A stretch of 39,657 nucleotides of DNA from Gammaproteobacteria bacterium. Lineage in GTDB: Bacteria; Pseudomonadota; Gammaproteobacteria; Steroidobacterales; Steroidobacteraceae. Below are positions 1 through 7,454 of this stretch, in pieces (position 1 is the stretch's first letter; every line of letters starts with the position of its first letter). The position numbers and the translations under genes are program-made. The notes beneath the pieces were generated by a model. That model saw only the letters and a list, made by a program, of their open reading frames with translations, was not told the DNA's origin and searched no databases. The stretch lies in NCBI GenBank assembly GCA_030038645.1, contig JASHSR010000110.1, positions 1-39,657 on the forward strand. Direction: 5' to 3'.

Positions 1-49
1 CGCCCTTTAAGCGATGAGACTGCGGGTTCAAGTCCTGCCGCCGGCACCA
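1..49 (+). tRNA. 3' part of a tRNA-like gene truncated by the window edge; anticodon not safely assignable (loop reads CCTTTAA, which is UUU/Lys-like only if position 33 is C)
   Basis: T arm GCGGG-TTCAAGT-CCTGC (22-38), 3' acceptor strand CGCCGGC (39-45), discriminator A46, encoded CCA 47-49. The 5' half lies outside the window. Confidence 0.6.
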
Positions 50-58
50 CATGAATTT

Positions 59-146
59 GGAGAACAAAGCGGGCAGGGCTCGCACGCGATTGCTAATCGC
101 AGGGAACCGGAAACGGTTTGAGTTTCGAGTACTCTGTTCTCCGCCA
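59..146 (+). tRNA. tRNA-Ser(GCU)-like, class II (long variable arm), best folded with an 8-bp acceptor and a 4-bp T stem
   Basis: Acceptor GGAGAACA (59-66) pairs perfectly with TGTTCTCC (135-142). Anticodon loop TTGCTAA (90-96), anticodon GCT 92-94. Variable arm AACCG-GAAA-CGGTT (105-118). T arm GAGT-TTCGAGT-ACTC (120-134). G143 discriminator, CCA 144-146. Confidence 0.8.
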
Positions 147-153
147 ATCTTCT

Positions 154-242
154 GGATGGTGAAGCGCACAGGGTGCGCCGCCGGCCTGAGCCCGGACGGT
201 ACCGGCAACGGCATGTGGATCGTGTCCGACCGCCATCCGCCA
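154..242 (+). tRNA. tRNA-Ser(UGA)-like, non-canonical and possibly a pseudogene (C at position 33, weak T stem, bulged C)
   Basis: Acceptor GGATGGTG (154-161) pairs with CGCCATCC (231-238), including one G-U. D stem GCGCAC/GTGCGC is a perfect 6 bp. Anticodon loop CCTGAGC (185-191), TGA 187-189. T region GTGG-ATCGTGT-CCGA (215-229) gives only 3 pairs, then unpaired C230. G239, CCA 240-242. Confidence 0.55.
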
Positions 243-246
243 TTTT

Positions 247-334
247 GGAAGGTGAAGCCGTCAGGGTGCGGTCGCCGGCTCGAACCCGGTTGGTGCCTTC
301 GGGCATGGCTTTCGAGTAGTCCCGCCTTCCGCCA
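247..334 (+). tRNA. tRNA-Ser(CGA)-like, class II, with an 8-bp acceptor, one bulged C and a 4-bp T stem
   Basis: Acceptor GGAAGGTG (247-254) pairs with CGCCTTCC (323-330). Anticodon arm GCCGG-CTCGAAC-CCGGT, CGA at 281-283. Variable arm TGCC-TTCG-GGCA. T arm GGCT-TTCGAGT-AGTC (307-321). C322 unpaired. G331, CCA 332-334. Confidence 0.75.
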
Positions 335-338
335 TCTT

Positions 339-427
339 GGAGCGTAAACCGGTCAAGGTGCCGGGACCGGTTGGAAGCCGGATCGTGTCAGCGAAGGGGC
401 CTGTCTCGCTCGCAGTGCGCTCCACCA
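339..427 (+). tRNA. tRNA-Ser(GGA)-like, class II, 8/4 fold with an atypical T loop and an A discriminator
   Basis: Acceptor GGAGCGTA (339-346) pairs with TGCGCTCC (416-423). D stem CCGGT/GCCGG (349-353/360-364). Anticodon loop TTGGAAG (371-377), GGA 373-375. T arm CTGT-CTCGCTC-GCAG (401-415). A424, CCA 425-427. Confidence 0.6.
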
Positions 428-433
428 CTTTAT

Positions 434-504
434 GGGTCGCCCTCTGGGAGGTGCGAGGTCTCCAAAGCCTTGCTGGGTGCGTTCGATTCGTACGCGACCT
501 GCCA
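434..504 (+). tRNA. tRNA-Trp(CCA)-like, only 71 nt, with a truncated D arm
   Basis: Acceptor GGGTCGC (434-440) pairs with GCGACCT (494-500). Anticodon loop CTCCAAA (460-466) is identical to the E. coli tRNA-Trp loop. Canonical T arm GTGCG-TTCGATT-CGTAC (477-493). G501, CCA 502-504. Only 14 nt (441-454) lie between the acceptor and anticodon stems. Confidence 0.65.
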
Positions 505-509
505 ATTAC

Positions 510-585
510 TCAGGTGTGGGTTGCCGGTATCCCACTGCGGCTCTGAACCGCAGCCACGCAGGTCCGACTCCTGCCGCCTGATCCA
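510..585 (+). tRNA. tRNA-Gln(CUG)-like with no 8-9 linker before the D stem
   Basis: Acceptor TCAGGTG (510-516) pairs with CGCCTGA (575-581). D hairpin TGGG-N10-CCCA (517-534). Anticodon arm TGCGG-CTCTGAA-CCGCA (536-552). T arm GCAGG-TCCGACT-CCTGC (558-574). T582, CCA 583-585. Confidence 0.65.
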
Positions 586-587
586 AT

Positions 588-666
588 ACACGAGCCGTGG
601 GTTGCCGGCATCCCCGTTGGGCTTTGAACCCAAAGCACGCAGGTTCGACTCCTGCCTCGTGTTCCA
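588..666 (+). tRNA. tRNA-Gln(UUG)-like (79 nt, enlarged D region)
   Basis: Acceptor ACACGAG (588-594) pairs perfectly with CTCGTGT (656-662). Anticodon arm TTGGG-CTTTGAA-CCCAA (617-633). T arm GCAGG-TTCGACT-CCTGC (639-655). T663, CCA 664-666. Confidence 0.7.
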
Positions 667-903
667 TTTCGCCGCGGAAACGCGAGTCGCGACGCTTCCG
701 GGAACCGGTCGGGAGCGAGGCGGCCATGATGGGCCGCGCGCGGAGAGCGCTGGGCCCCGTAAGCTGCCATTCCGTAGATCGACCGAGCGCGCGGGGATCG
801 CGGGCGCGTCGTTCATTACCCCGTCGGATTCTCCAAAGAATCTGTCGGACTTTCGAAGTCGTGACAATGCTAATCTTCGCGAACCAGCCGAGGGGATCGA
901 GGG

Positions 904-1299
904 ATGGCTAACCACATCGCGCACTTCGAGATTTTCGCAAGCGACGTCGAGCGGGCTCGCAGATTCTATGAGAAAGTTTTCGCGTGGCGATTCGAGGTCG
1001 GCGGTCCGCCCGAGTTTTATCATATCTTCACCGGCCCTGCGGTCGAGCACGGCATCTCACGTGGCCTGATCGCGAAACGCCAAGGGCCCGTGGCGCAGGG
1101 CGGCATCAACGGCTTTCGCTGCACCATCAGCGTGAGCTCGATAAAGGAAACGGCGACGGCAATCGAGGCGGCCGGCGGCAAGCTGCGTTCGGCCATTGTC
1201 GATGTTCCCGGTGTGGGCAAAGTCGTTGAGTTCGCCGATCCCGAGGGCAACATCGCATGCGCGATGCAGTACGAATCGGGCTTCCGATTCACCGAGTAG
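904..1299 (+). CDS. VOC family protein (glyoxalase/bleomycin-resistance/dioxygenase fold), 131 aa
   Basis: ATG 904 preceded by GAGGGG. N-terminus HFEIFASDVERARRFYEKVF and C-terminal FADPEGN are typical of the VOC/glyoxalase fold. Confidence 0.85.
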   Translation: MANHIAHFEIFASDVERARRFYEKVFAWRFEVGGPPEFYHIFTGPAVEHGISRGLIAKRQGPVAQGGINGFRCTISVSSIKETATAIEAAGGKLRSAIVDVPGVGKVVEFADPEGNIACAMQYESGFRFTE

Positions 1300-1323
1300 C
1301 CGAAACTGGGGCCGGGAGCATCA

Positions 1324-2058
1324 GTGGGCTCTATCGAATCGCTCAGATCGTATGTGGAGGGTTACCCGGACGGTGGCCGCATCCCTCGACATGCCCACGA
1401 TTGGGATCAGCTCGCCCTCATCGCCGAATCGGCTGCCATCGTGGAGACCGACGATGTCTACGTCGTACATCCGCTGTTCCGGGGATTGTGGATACCCGCT
1501 GGAGTTCAGCATTCGATCTACTCGCCGCGGCGCTTTTATCTGCACACTCTTTACTTCGAGCCGGGCAGCCTACGCACGGACACGCATCCGCAGGTGCTGA
1601 GTCTCGACAATCTCGCCCGTGAGCTCATCCTGTTCCTCTGTACTGCGCCGCGGCCTTCTCAGCGCGGTGCGAGGCACGCGCACGCGTTGGCATTGCTCGA
1701 AGAGGTTCTGCCTGAGGCTCGCCCGGAGTCATTCTCACTGCCGCGACCCCGGCACGAACGAGCGCGTCAACTCGCCGACTACTTTGCCTCACGACCGGAC
1801 GATGGGCGCTCCGTCGAGATCGTCGCGGCGGAGATTGGCGGCGCGAGTCTGCGGACGTTCGAGCGTCTCTTTGCAGAGGAGACCGGACTGAGCTTGGCGG
1901 CGTGGCGTCGCCACAGTCGGTTGCTCACGTCGCTCTCGCTGCTGGCCGAGGGCAGGAGCGTCGGGGACGTGGCGCATGCCGTTGGCTACGAGAGTGCGGC
2001 GGCCTTCAGCACGGCTTTCAAGCAATGCTTTGGTGTTTCACCGTCGACATACAGCTGA
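1324..2058 (+). CDS. AraC family transcriptional regulator (N-terminal cupin, C-terminal HTH)
   Basis: GTG 1324 with GGGAG 7 nt upstream. The C-terminus (SLRTFERLFAEETGLSLAAWRRHSRL...GYESAAAFSTAFKQCFGVSPSTY) is the AraC HTH signature. Confidence 0.9.
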   Translation: MGSIESLRSYVEGYPDGGRIPRHAHDWDQLALIAESAAIVETDDVYVVHPLFRGLWIPAGVQHSIYSPRRFYLHTLYFEPGSLRTDTHPQVLSLDNLARELILFLCTAPRPSQRGARHAHALALLEEVLPEARPESFSLPRPRHERARQLADYFASRPDDGRSVEIVAAEIGGASLRTFERLFAEETGLSLAAWRRHSRLLTSLSLLAEGRSVGDVAHAVGYESAAAFSTAFKQCFGVSPSTYS

Positions 2059-2173
2059 AGTGTAGTGTCGCGGAATCGCGGGGCGTATACGAACGACATG
2101 TCGCGCCCGGGATCTTGAGGCGAGGTCGGCCCATGGGTGGTGCCATGCGATCTGCGTTTGGCTGCATGCGCGC

Positions 2174-2226
2174 TTGACTCCACCGTTTATATATGTAAAC
2201 TATCGCGACGTTTATTACCGTAAACG
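2174..2226 (+). promoter_or_regulatory. Putative promoter of the blaI-like operon, overlapped by two operator dyads GTTTA-N6-TAAAC
   Basis: -35 TTGACT (2174-2179), 16-nt spacer, -10 TAAACT (2196-2201). Dyad 1 at 2185-2200 (GTTTAtatatgTAAAC). Dyad 2 at 2210-2225 (GTTTAttaccgTAAAC, extendable to CGTTTA..TAAACG). Centres are 25 bp apart in a locally AT-rich patch just upstream of the repressor gene. Confidence 0.6.
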
Positions 2227-2237
2227 ATCGTTCCTCC

Positions 2238-2627
2238 ATGCACCGAGAATCTTCTCCTCCGTCGATCACCGAGGCCGAATCCGCCATCATGGAAGTTCTT
2301 TGGCGACGTAGCCCACTGCCGACGGAAGCGGTTGTGGCCGCGCTCCGCGGCGAGCAGCCGTGGCAGGAGGGCACCATCAAGGCGCTTCTGAACCGCCTAC
2401 TTCGCAAGAGAGCCGTTCGCGCCGAGAGAGACGGGCGGCGGTTTCTGTATTCGCCACTCGTCAGTCGCGACGAGTGGTTATTGACCGAAAGCAGGGGGCT
2501 ATTGGATCGCCTGTTCTCAGGGCGTGTGGCGCCGCTCGCGGCACACTTTAGCCGCCACGGTAAGCTCACCAAGCGCGATATCGCCGATCTGAGACGCCTT
2601 CTCGCGGAGCTCGACGATGACAAATGA
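2238..2627 (+). CDS. BlaI/MecI/CopY family transcriptional repressor
   Basis: 129 aa. The winged-helix N-terminus (ITEAESAIMEVLWRR...TIKALLNRLLRKRAV) is typical of the family. It overlaps the downstream M56 gene by 11 nt. Confidence 0.9.
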   Translation: MHRESSPPSITEAESAIMEVLWRRSPLPTEAVVAALRGEQPWQEGTIKALLNRLLRKRAVRAERDGRRFLYSPLVSRDEWLLTESRGLLDRLFSGRVAPLAAHFSRHGKLTKRDIADLRRLLAELDDDK

Positions 2628-3930
2628 GCTCATGAGGCATCTGTTCTCACTGACGCTCGGCACGAGCTTGGGCATCGTCGCGGCCTTGCTTCTGCGCCGA
2701 GGTGCACGGCTCGCGTTCGGCCCCGCTGCATCCTATTCCATGTGGCTGTTCGTGCCTGTCGCCATGGCGGCCGTGTTTGTGCCGTACGTGCGCGATACAG
2801 GCTCGGCGCTCGGAGTCACCCTGGAGCTCCAATCGGTTTCCGCGCTTCGCCAAGTGTTCGACATATCCGCAGGACCCTCGAATGGCGCCGGATCGCCACT
2901 TGATTGGCCGGCGTGGGCCCTCGGCGCGTGGGGTGCCGGGGCCGTGCTCTTTGCTTTATATCTCGGCGGCTTGCAGCACGCATTCATCAGGAGCCTAGGG
3001 GCGCTGTCGGGCTCACGGTCCGTCCTTCGCGCAGAAAGCTCCGCAGGCTGTCCCGCGTTGCTTGGTGTGCTGCGACCGAAGGTCATCCTGCCCGCCGACT
3101 TCCATCGGCGATACACACGACTGGAGCGGCTGCTGATCTTTGCACATGAGCGAACACATCTGCGCCGCGGCGATGCCGCCTGGAATGCTTTCGCGGCATT
3201 CCTGCGCTGTGTATTCTGGTTCAACCCTCTGGTCCATCTGGGCGCGAGCTGCTTTCGTGTCGATCAGGAGCTCGCATGCGACGCCGCCGTCCTGGAGAAA
3301 CATCCCGGTTCGCGCCGCAGCTACGCGAGCGCCATGCTGAAAACCCAACTGGCCGACGCAGCGTTGCCTATCGGCTGCCATTGGCGATCCGCCTACTACC
3401 TCAAGGAGCGTCTCCAGATGACTAAGAGACCCATGCCCGGTCGCATGCGCCGCATCTGCGGCCACGTGCTCGTCGCGGTGGCTTCGTTGGCGATCGGTTA
3501 CTCGGTGTGGGCTGCGCAACCGGCTGCGGCGGTGCCGACCGCGGCATCCGGAATCTCCGCGCCGACTACCTATTCACCCGCGGCGTTCGCCTCGTCGAGC
3601 TCGGTACGTGTCTATGGGACCGGGGTGACGGTCGAGAATACCGGCGGCTTGACGCAGGTCGTCGGCTCGAGATTACGTCTGGAATTAGAGCCGGGGACCC
3701 AGTTCCAATTCCATGCCGATCGCACGATAGTAATGCGGCCGGACGGGGCAAGAGTCCTTGAAGGACATGTTCGTATCGCCACACAAGCGGTTCGCACGAC
3801 AAGGTCAGGAGCTCACGTGCTCTCGAGACTCGTGCGGCCAGTAATCGCGACTGCCGAGAGAGCCGTGCTTACGCCGCGACAAGGCGGGGGATTTGTAGTG
3901 AGTATTGAGAATGGAAGCGTGCAGTTCTGA
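2617..3930 (+). CDS. BlaR1-like M56 family membrane metalloprotease / signal transducer with a non-PBP C-terminal domain
   Basis: Several N-terminal TM segments. HEXXH zinc motif FAHERTHLRRGD. Operonic with the BlaI-like repressor. The C-terminal ~130 aa is beta-rich and has no SxxK penicillin-binding motif. Confidence 0.85.
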   Translation: MTNELMRHLFSLTLGTSLGIVAALLLRRGARLAFGPAASYSMWLFVPVAMAAVFVPYVRDTGSALGVTLELQSVSALRQVFDISAGPSNGAGSPLDWPAWALGAWGAGAVLFALYLGGLQHAFIRSLGALSGSRSVLRAESSAGCPALLGVLRPKVILPADFHRRYTRLERLLIFAHERTHLRRGDAAWNAFAAFLRCVFWFNPLVHLGASCFRVDQELACDAAVLEKHPGSRRSYASAMLKTQLADAALPIGCHWRSAYYLKERLQMTKRPMPGRMRRICGHVLVAVASLAIGYSVWAAQPAAAVPTAASGISAPTTYSPAAFASSSSVRVYGTGVTVENTGGLTQVVGSRLRLELEPGTQFQFHADRTIVMRPDGARVLEGHVRIATQAVRTTRSGAHVLSRLVRPVIATAERAVLTPRQGGGFVVSIENGSVQF

Positions 3931-4045
3931 TTGCCCTGAAGTCCGTTGCGCGTCGCCTGCCGCTGTTGGTTGAGAGGGCGACTGCCACCGGCTTGTACCG
4001 ACGCCGTTAGTCGATCGAGGAATCCCCTGGGCGCGTACAGCTGGA

Positions 4046-5035
4046 TCAGCTTGTCTGTAGAGGTCCTGCCCCGCGGCGGCGCCACACCGAGGGTGGCACC
4101 CCCACCTGCTTCTTGAAGGCGCGACTGAACGCCGCCTCGGATTCGTACCCAATCTCTTCGGCGATCGATGCGATGTTCGCGCTCGCATCACTGAGAATCC
4201 GCGCCGCAATCTGCATTCGCCATTTGGCGAGATACTGTATCGGCGGCATCCCCAAAAGATCGGTGAAGCGCTCCGCCAGGACAGACCGCGACAAGCCGAC
4301 TCTCTTTCCCAGCTCCTCGATGGTCCAGCCATGCGCCGGATTGCCGTGCATCAGCGATAGCGCTCTGCCAACGAAAGGGTCGCGCAGGCCCGCCAACCAG
4401 CCCGCCTGCTCCGGCGGCATCGCCTCCAGATGTCGGCGCACCACTTCGATGAACATCAACTCGCTGAGTTTGGCGAGCACGCTCTCGCTGCCGGCGCGCC
4501 GGGCTGCCGATTCCGCTACGGCGACACGAATGAACCGAGCGAGCCAGTCTCCGGAGTCGTCCCGCGTAGCTCTTGCCTTCATCACCGCGGGCAGGTTCTC
4601 GAGCAGCGGATTGAACGGTCGCGCATCGCAGGCGAGGAAGCCACACACGAGCTTCGTTGTGGGCGCTCCCTCCCTGCCGTATTTGACGAAAAATGGCAAC
4701 GGACCGGCGCCCGCTTCCGCAATTGCCTCGCGTGTCGGCGGGTTGGCGCGCATACCGGGGCTGCTCGACATGACGTGTGGATCGCCATTGGTAATGACGA
4801 TGACCTCGCCGGCTTCGAGCGCGATCGGTTCCTTGCCAATGACGGTCGCGAAACATCGACCCACGGTGACGACATGGTAGGAGATAAGCCGCTCGCCACC
4901 CGGGAGTATCTTCGGCAGGATGAACTCTGGCGGCGGTTGCTCGACCACCCACGGCTCCGTCGCCGCGACGTCGAAGAACGTCGCGCCGGTCAGCCGCACG
5001 GTTCGCAGCAAATCAGACAGCGCATCGCTCGCCAT
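4046..5035 (-). CDS. AraC family transcriptional regulator with an N-terminal cupin-type sensor domain
   Basis: C-terminal AraC HTH (GLSRSVLAERFTDLLGMPPIQYLAKWRMQIAARIL...IGYESEAAFSRAFKKQVGVPPS). ATG 5035 has GGAG 5 nt upstream. The longest ORF begins at GTG 5053. Confidence 0.88.
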   Translation of the reverse strand: MASDALSDLLRTVRLTGATFFDVAATEPWVVEQPPPEFILPKILPGGERLISYHVVTVGRCFATVIGKEPIALEAGEVIVITNGDPHVMSSSPGMRANPPTREAIAEAGAGPLPFFVKYGREGAPTTKLVCGFLACDARPFNPLLENLPAVMKARATRDDSGDWLARFIRVAVAESAARRAGSESVLAKLSELMFIEVVRRHLEAMPPEQAGWLAGLRDPFVGRALSLMHGNPAHGWTIEELGKRVGLSRSVLAERFTDLLGMPPIQYLAKWRMQIAARILSDASANIASIAEEIGYESEAAFSRAFKKQVGVPPSVWRRRGAGPLQTS

Positions 5036-5197
5036 TTGGTCTCCGCTGGGCACTCAGGGGCAAAGATCGATCAGCCCCCGTCAAGGCAGAGCCGCATTCC
5101 GGACGCCGTATCAAGTCTCCAAGACGACCGAGCATACACGCTGGGCAGTGCGAAGTGTAAAACCCGCGGAGGCAATCCGAACGGGAGTCTTCACACA

Positions 5198-6013
5198 ATG
5201 AACCCGGGCACTATTGACCTTGATGCAATCAAGGCCCGACAGCACGGCGCGTGGAGTTCCGGCGATTATGCTGCTGTCGGCTGCACTTTACAGATCGTCG
5301 GCGAGACGCTTTGCGAGGCCGTCGATCTACGCTCCAATCAGCGGGTACTCGATGTCGCTGCCGGCAACGGAAATGCAACCCTGGCCGCCGCCCGTCGCTT
5401 CGCGGAGGTCGTATCGACGGACTACGTCGGATCGCTGCTGGAGCACGGGCGCAAGCGCGCCGAAGCGGACCGTTTGCCCGTCACGTTTCAGCAGGCAGAC
5501 GCCGAGCATCTGCCGTTTCCCGATGAGAGCTTCGATGTCGTGCTGTCCACATTTGGCGTCATGTTTACGCCGAATCAGGAGCAAGCGGCACGAGAGCTCA
5601 TACGCGTCTGCCGTCGAGGCGGCAAGATCGGGATGGCCAATTGGACGCCGGAAGGCTTCGTCGGCCGGCTGTTCAAGATCGTGGGCAAATACGTTCCACC
5701 TGCGCCGGGCGTGAAATCAGCCTTGCTATGGGGTACGAAGACCCATCTCGATGCGTTGTTCGGCGCGCAGGCGACGATCGCGGCGAAGAGCACGCATTTT
5801 ATTTTTCGCTACAAGTCGCCGGAGCATTGGATCGACTTCTTCCGCGCTCACTACGGACCGGTTCTGAAGGCCTTCGCGGCGCTCGACCCGGACGCAAGGG
5901 CAGGGCTCGAGGCCGATATTTACAACTTGCTTGATGAGCTCAACGTCGCGGAGGATGGAACGCTGGTCGTCCCGGGCGAGTATCTGGAAGTCGTTATGAC
6001 GAAGACGCGTTGA
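5198..6013 (+). CDS. Class I SAM-dependent methyltransferase
   Basis: ATG 5198 with GGGAG upstream. Motif I VLDVAAGNGNAT and post-I/II FDVVLSTFGVMF. The part of ORF 4430-6013 upstream of 5198 is antisense to the AraC gene and is not coding. Confidence 0.9.
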   Translation: MNPGTIDLDAIKARQHGAWSSGDYAAVGCTLQIVGETLCEAVDLRSNQRVLDVAAGNGNATLAAARRFAEVVSTDYVGSLLEHGRKRAEADRLPVTFQQADAEHLPFPDESFDVVLSTFGVMFTPNQEQAARELIRVCRRGGKIGMANWTPEGFVGRLFKIVGKYVPPAPGVKSALLWGTKTHLDALFGAQATIAAKSTHFIFRYKSPEHWIDFFRAHYGPVLKAFAALDPDARAGLEADIYNLLDELNVAEDGTLVVPGEYLEVVMTKTR

Positions 6014-6033
6014 GCGAAGGATCGCGCTGTGAG

Positions 6034-6056
6034 CGGCTGGCTCAGCGCGCCAGCCG
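6034..6056. terminator. Stem-loop between convergent genes (possible factor-independent terminator, no U tract)
   Basis: CGGCTGGC-tcagcgc-GCCAGCCG, an 8-bp perfect stem, 21 nt after the methyltransferase stop. Confidence 0.25.
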
Positions 6057-6179
6057 CCCGGATGGGGCGAAGACTACCGGGCAACCGCGGAGGGCGCGGC
6101 GCCTCGCCAAACCGGATCGTTGCCGTTGCACTGAAAATGTCCGCAGCAGCTCCGTCGATGCCGGGCCGGCAGCCCCGCT

Positions 6180-7454
6180 TTACGCGACTTCGAGCGACGG
6201 CGGATTGAATGCATCAATCTCCTTCCAATCCTCACCGCGCGGATAGGCGAAGGAGATCGCGCGGATCTTGCCGAAGTCGACATCCTCTCCGGCGAAGGAG
6301 ATCTTGCCTTCGGCCTTGTACGCCTCGATGGCCCGCAGCAACATGCTCCGGGCCCGCAGGATCACCAGGTCGCACCTTCCCAGATGCTGCTTGCTGCGAT
6401 CGACGATCGGCCCCATCGACTCTTGGACGGCGAAATCTTCATAGGCGTTGCCTCGTCCGACGATCCCGCTCCAGTGGCCTCGTTTCATCGCCTCGCGATC
6501 CTGGTGCCACAGGTTGTCGCGGTTACCCATATCGGAGTTGAAGAAGTCGGGGTCGCCCGAATCGGAGCCGTAGATACCCGTGCGGTCGACGGGCATCGGC
6601 CCGTGAGCGTTGAAGCCGATGTACCACTGGGCCGTCCACTCATCGTCGATGGGGATGGAGCAGCACGCGAGCGCCGGCCCTCCGGGGGTCGCGGGGATGA
6701 ACGAGAAGAACGGCAGGGCGACCTCCCGGATGCGAGCATAGCAACGCCCGTTCGCCTGTTCGCGGAGCGCTCCTTCGCGGAAGCCATAAGGCTTGGCGAC
6801 AACCTCGAAAGTGGGCGCCGTGTTGTCGAGCATATAGTCGGATTCGACCTTGAAGACTTGCCGTCCGGCCGAGCTGCCGATATTGGAGGCATGCAGGAAG
6901 CTCACATGCGCGGAATCCAAGAGGGCCTCGAGCCCTTGCATCCAGTTGCAATGAATGATTCCGCGCCGGGGCGACACTTGATCGTCGGGCAAGCTCGTAA
7001 ACTCGAAGTCGGGGAACCTTGGCGGGCTCGCCTTGTTCTTGCCGAGATAGACCCAGACCAGCCCACCCGCCTCGTGAGTCGGATGGCTGCGCACGAGGAC
7101 GCCGGCGGCGAAGCGCTCGCGCCCGGCGCGCAGCTCGGTCGGCGCGTCGACGCACTTGCCGTCGACCGAGAACTTCCAGCCGTGAAAGATGCATCTCAGA
7201 CCGCCCGCCTCGTTCCTCGCGAGCGCGAGGCTGGCGCAGCGGTGCGGGCAGGCTTCCTGCATGAAACCGACGCGACCGTCGGTCGCGCGGAAAGCGACGA
7301 AGTTCTCGCCGAAGAGCCGTACTCGCTCGGGCGCGCCGTCGACCTCCAGCTTGGCCGAGCGGCAGGCCGGCACCCAGTACTCGCGCAGAAACTCGCCCAT
7401 CGGCGCGTCCGGCCCAACACGGGTCAGAAGCTCGTTGTGTTCGGGACTGAGCAT
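6180..7454 (-). CDS. Rieske [2Fe-2S] aromatic ring-hydroxylating oxygenase, alpha subunit-like
   Basis: Rieske motif CPHRCASL...CIFHGWKF. ATG 7454 is preceded by AGGAGG. No adjacent beta subunit or reductase gene. Confidence 0.9.
   Translation of the reverse strand: MLSPEHNELLTRVGPDAPMGEFLREYWVPACRSAKLEVDGAPERVRLFGENFVAFRATDGRVGFMQEACPHRCASLALARNEAGGLRCIFHGWKFSVDGKCVDAPTELRAGRERFAAGVLVRSHPTHEAGGLVWVYLGKNKASPPRFPDFEFTSLPDDQVSPRRGIIHCNWMQGLEALLDSAHVSFLHASNIGSSAGRQVFKVESDYMLDNTAPTFEVVAKPYGFREGALREQANGRCYARIREVALPFFSFIPATPGGPALACCSIPIDDEWTAQWYIGFNAHGPMPVDRTGIYGSDSGDPDFFNSDMGNRDNLWHQDREAMKRGHWSGIVGRGNAYEDFAVQESMGPIVDRSKQHLGRCDLVILRARSMLLRAIEAYKAEGKISFAGEDVDFGKIRAISFAYPRGEDWKEIDAFNPPSLEVA

Noticed and set aside
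667-903. Possible integration (att) scar or terminator after the last tRNA
   Set aside because: I found no direct repeat of a tRNA 3' end elsewhere in the window, no integrase, and only weak GC hairpins without U tracts. There is nothing I can support.
28-1069. Several 60-230 aa ORFs on both strands across the tRNA array (for example 371-1069 +, 430-1050 -)
   Set aside because: They run straight through tandem tRNA cloverleaves. Their Arg/Ser/Pro/Gly-rich composition is typical of random frames in high-GC DNA, and none has an RBS or a recognisable motif.
4430-5197. N-terminal 256-aa extension of the methyltransferase ORF
   Set aside because: It is antisense to the well-supported AraC gene. 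The methyltransferase homology, an RBS and an ATG all begin at 5198.
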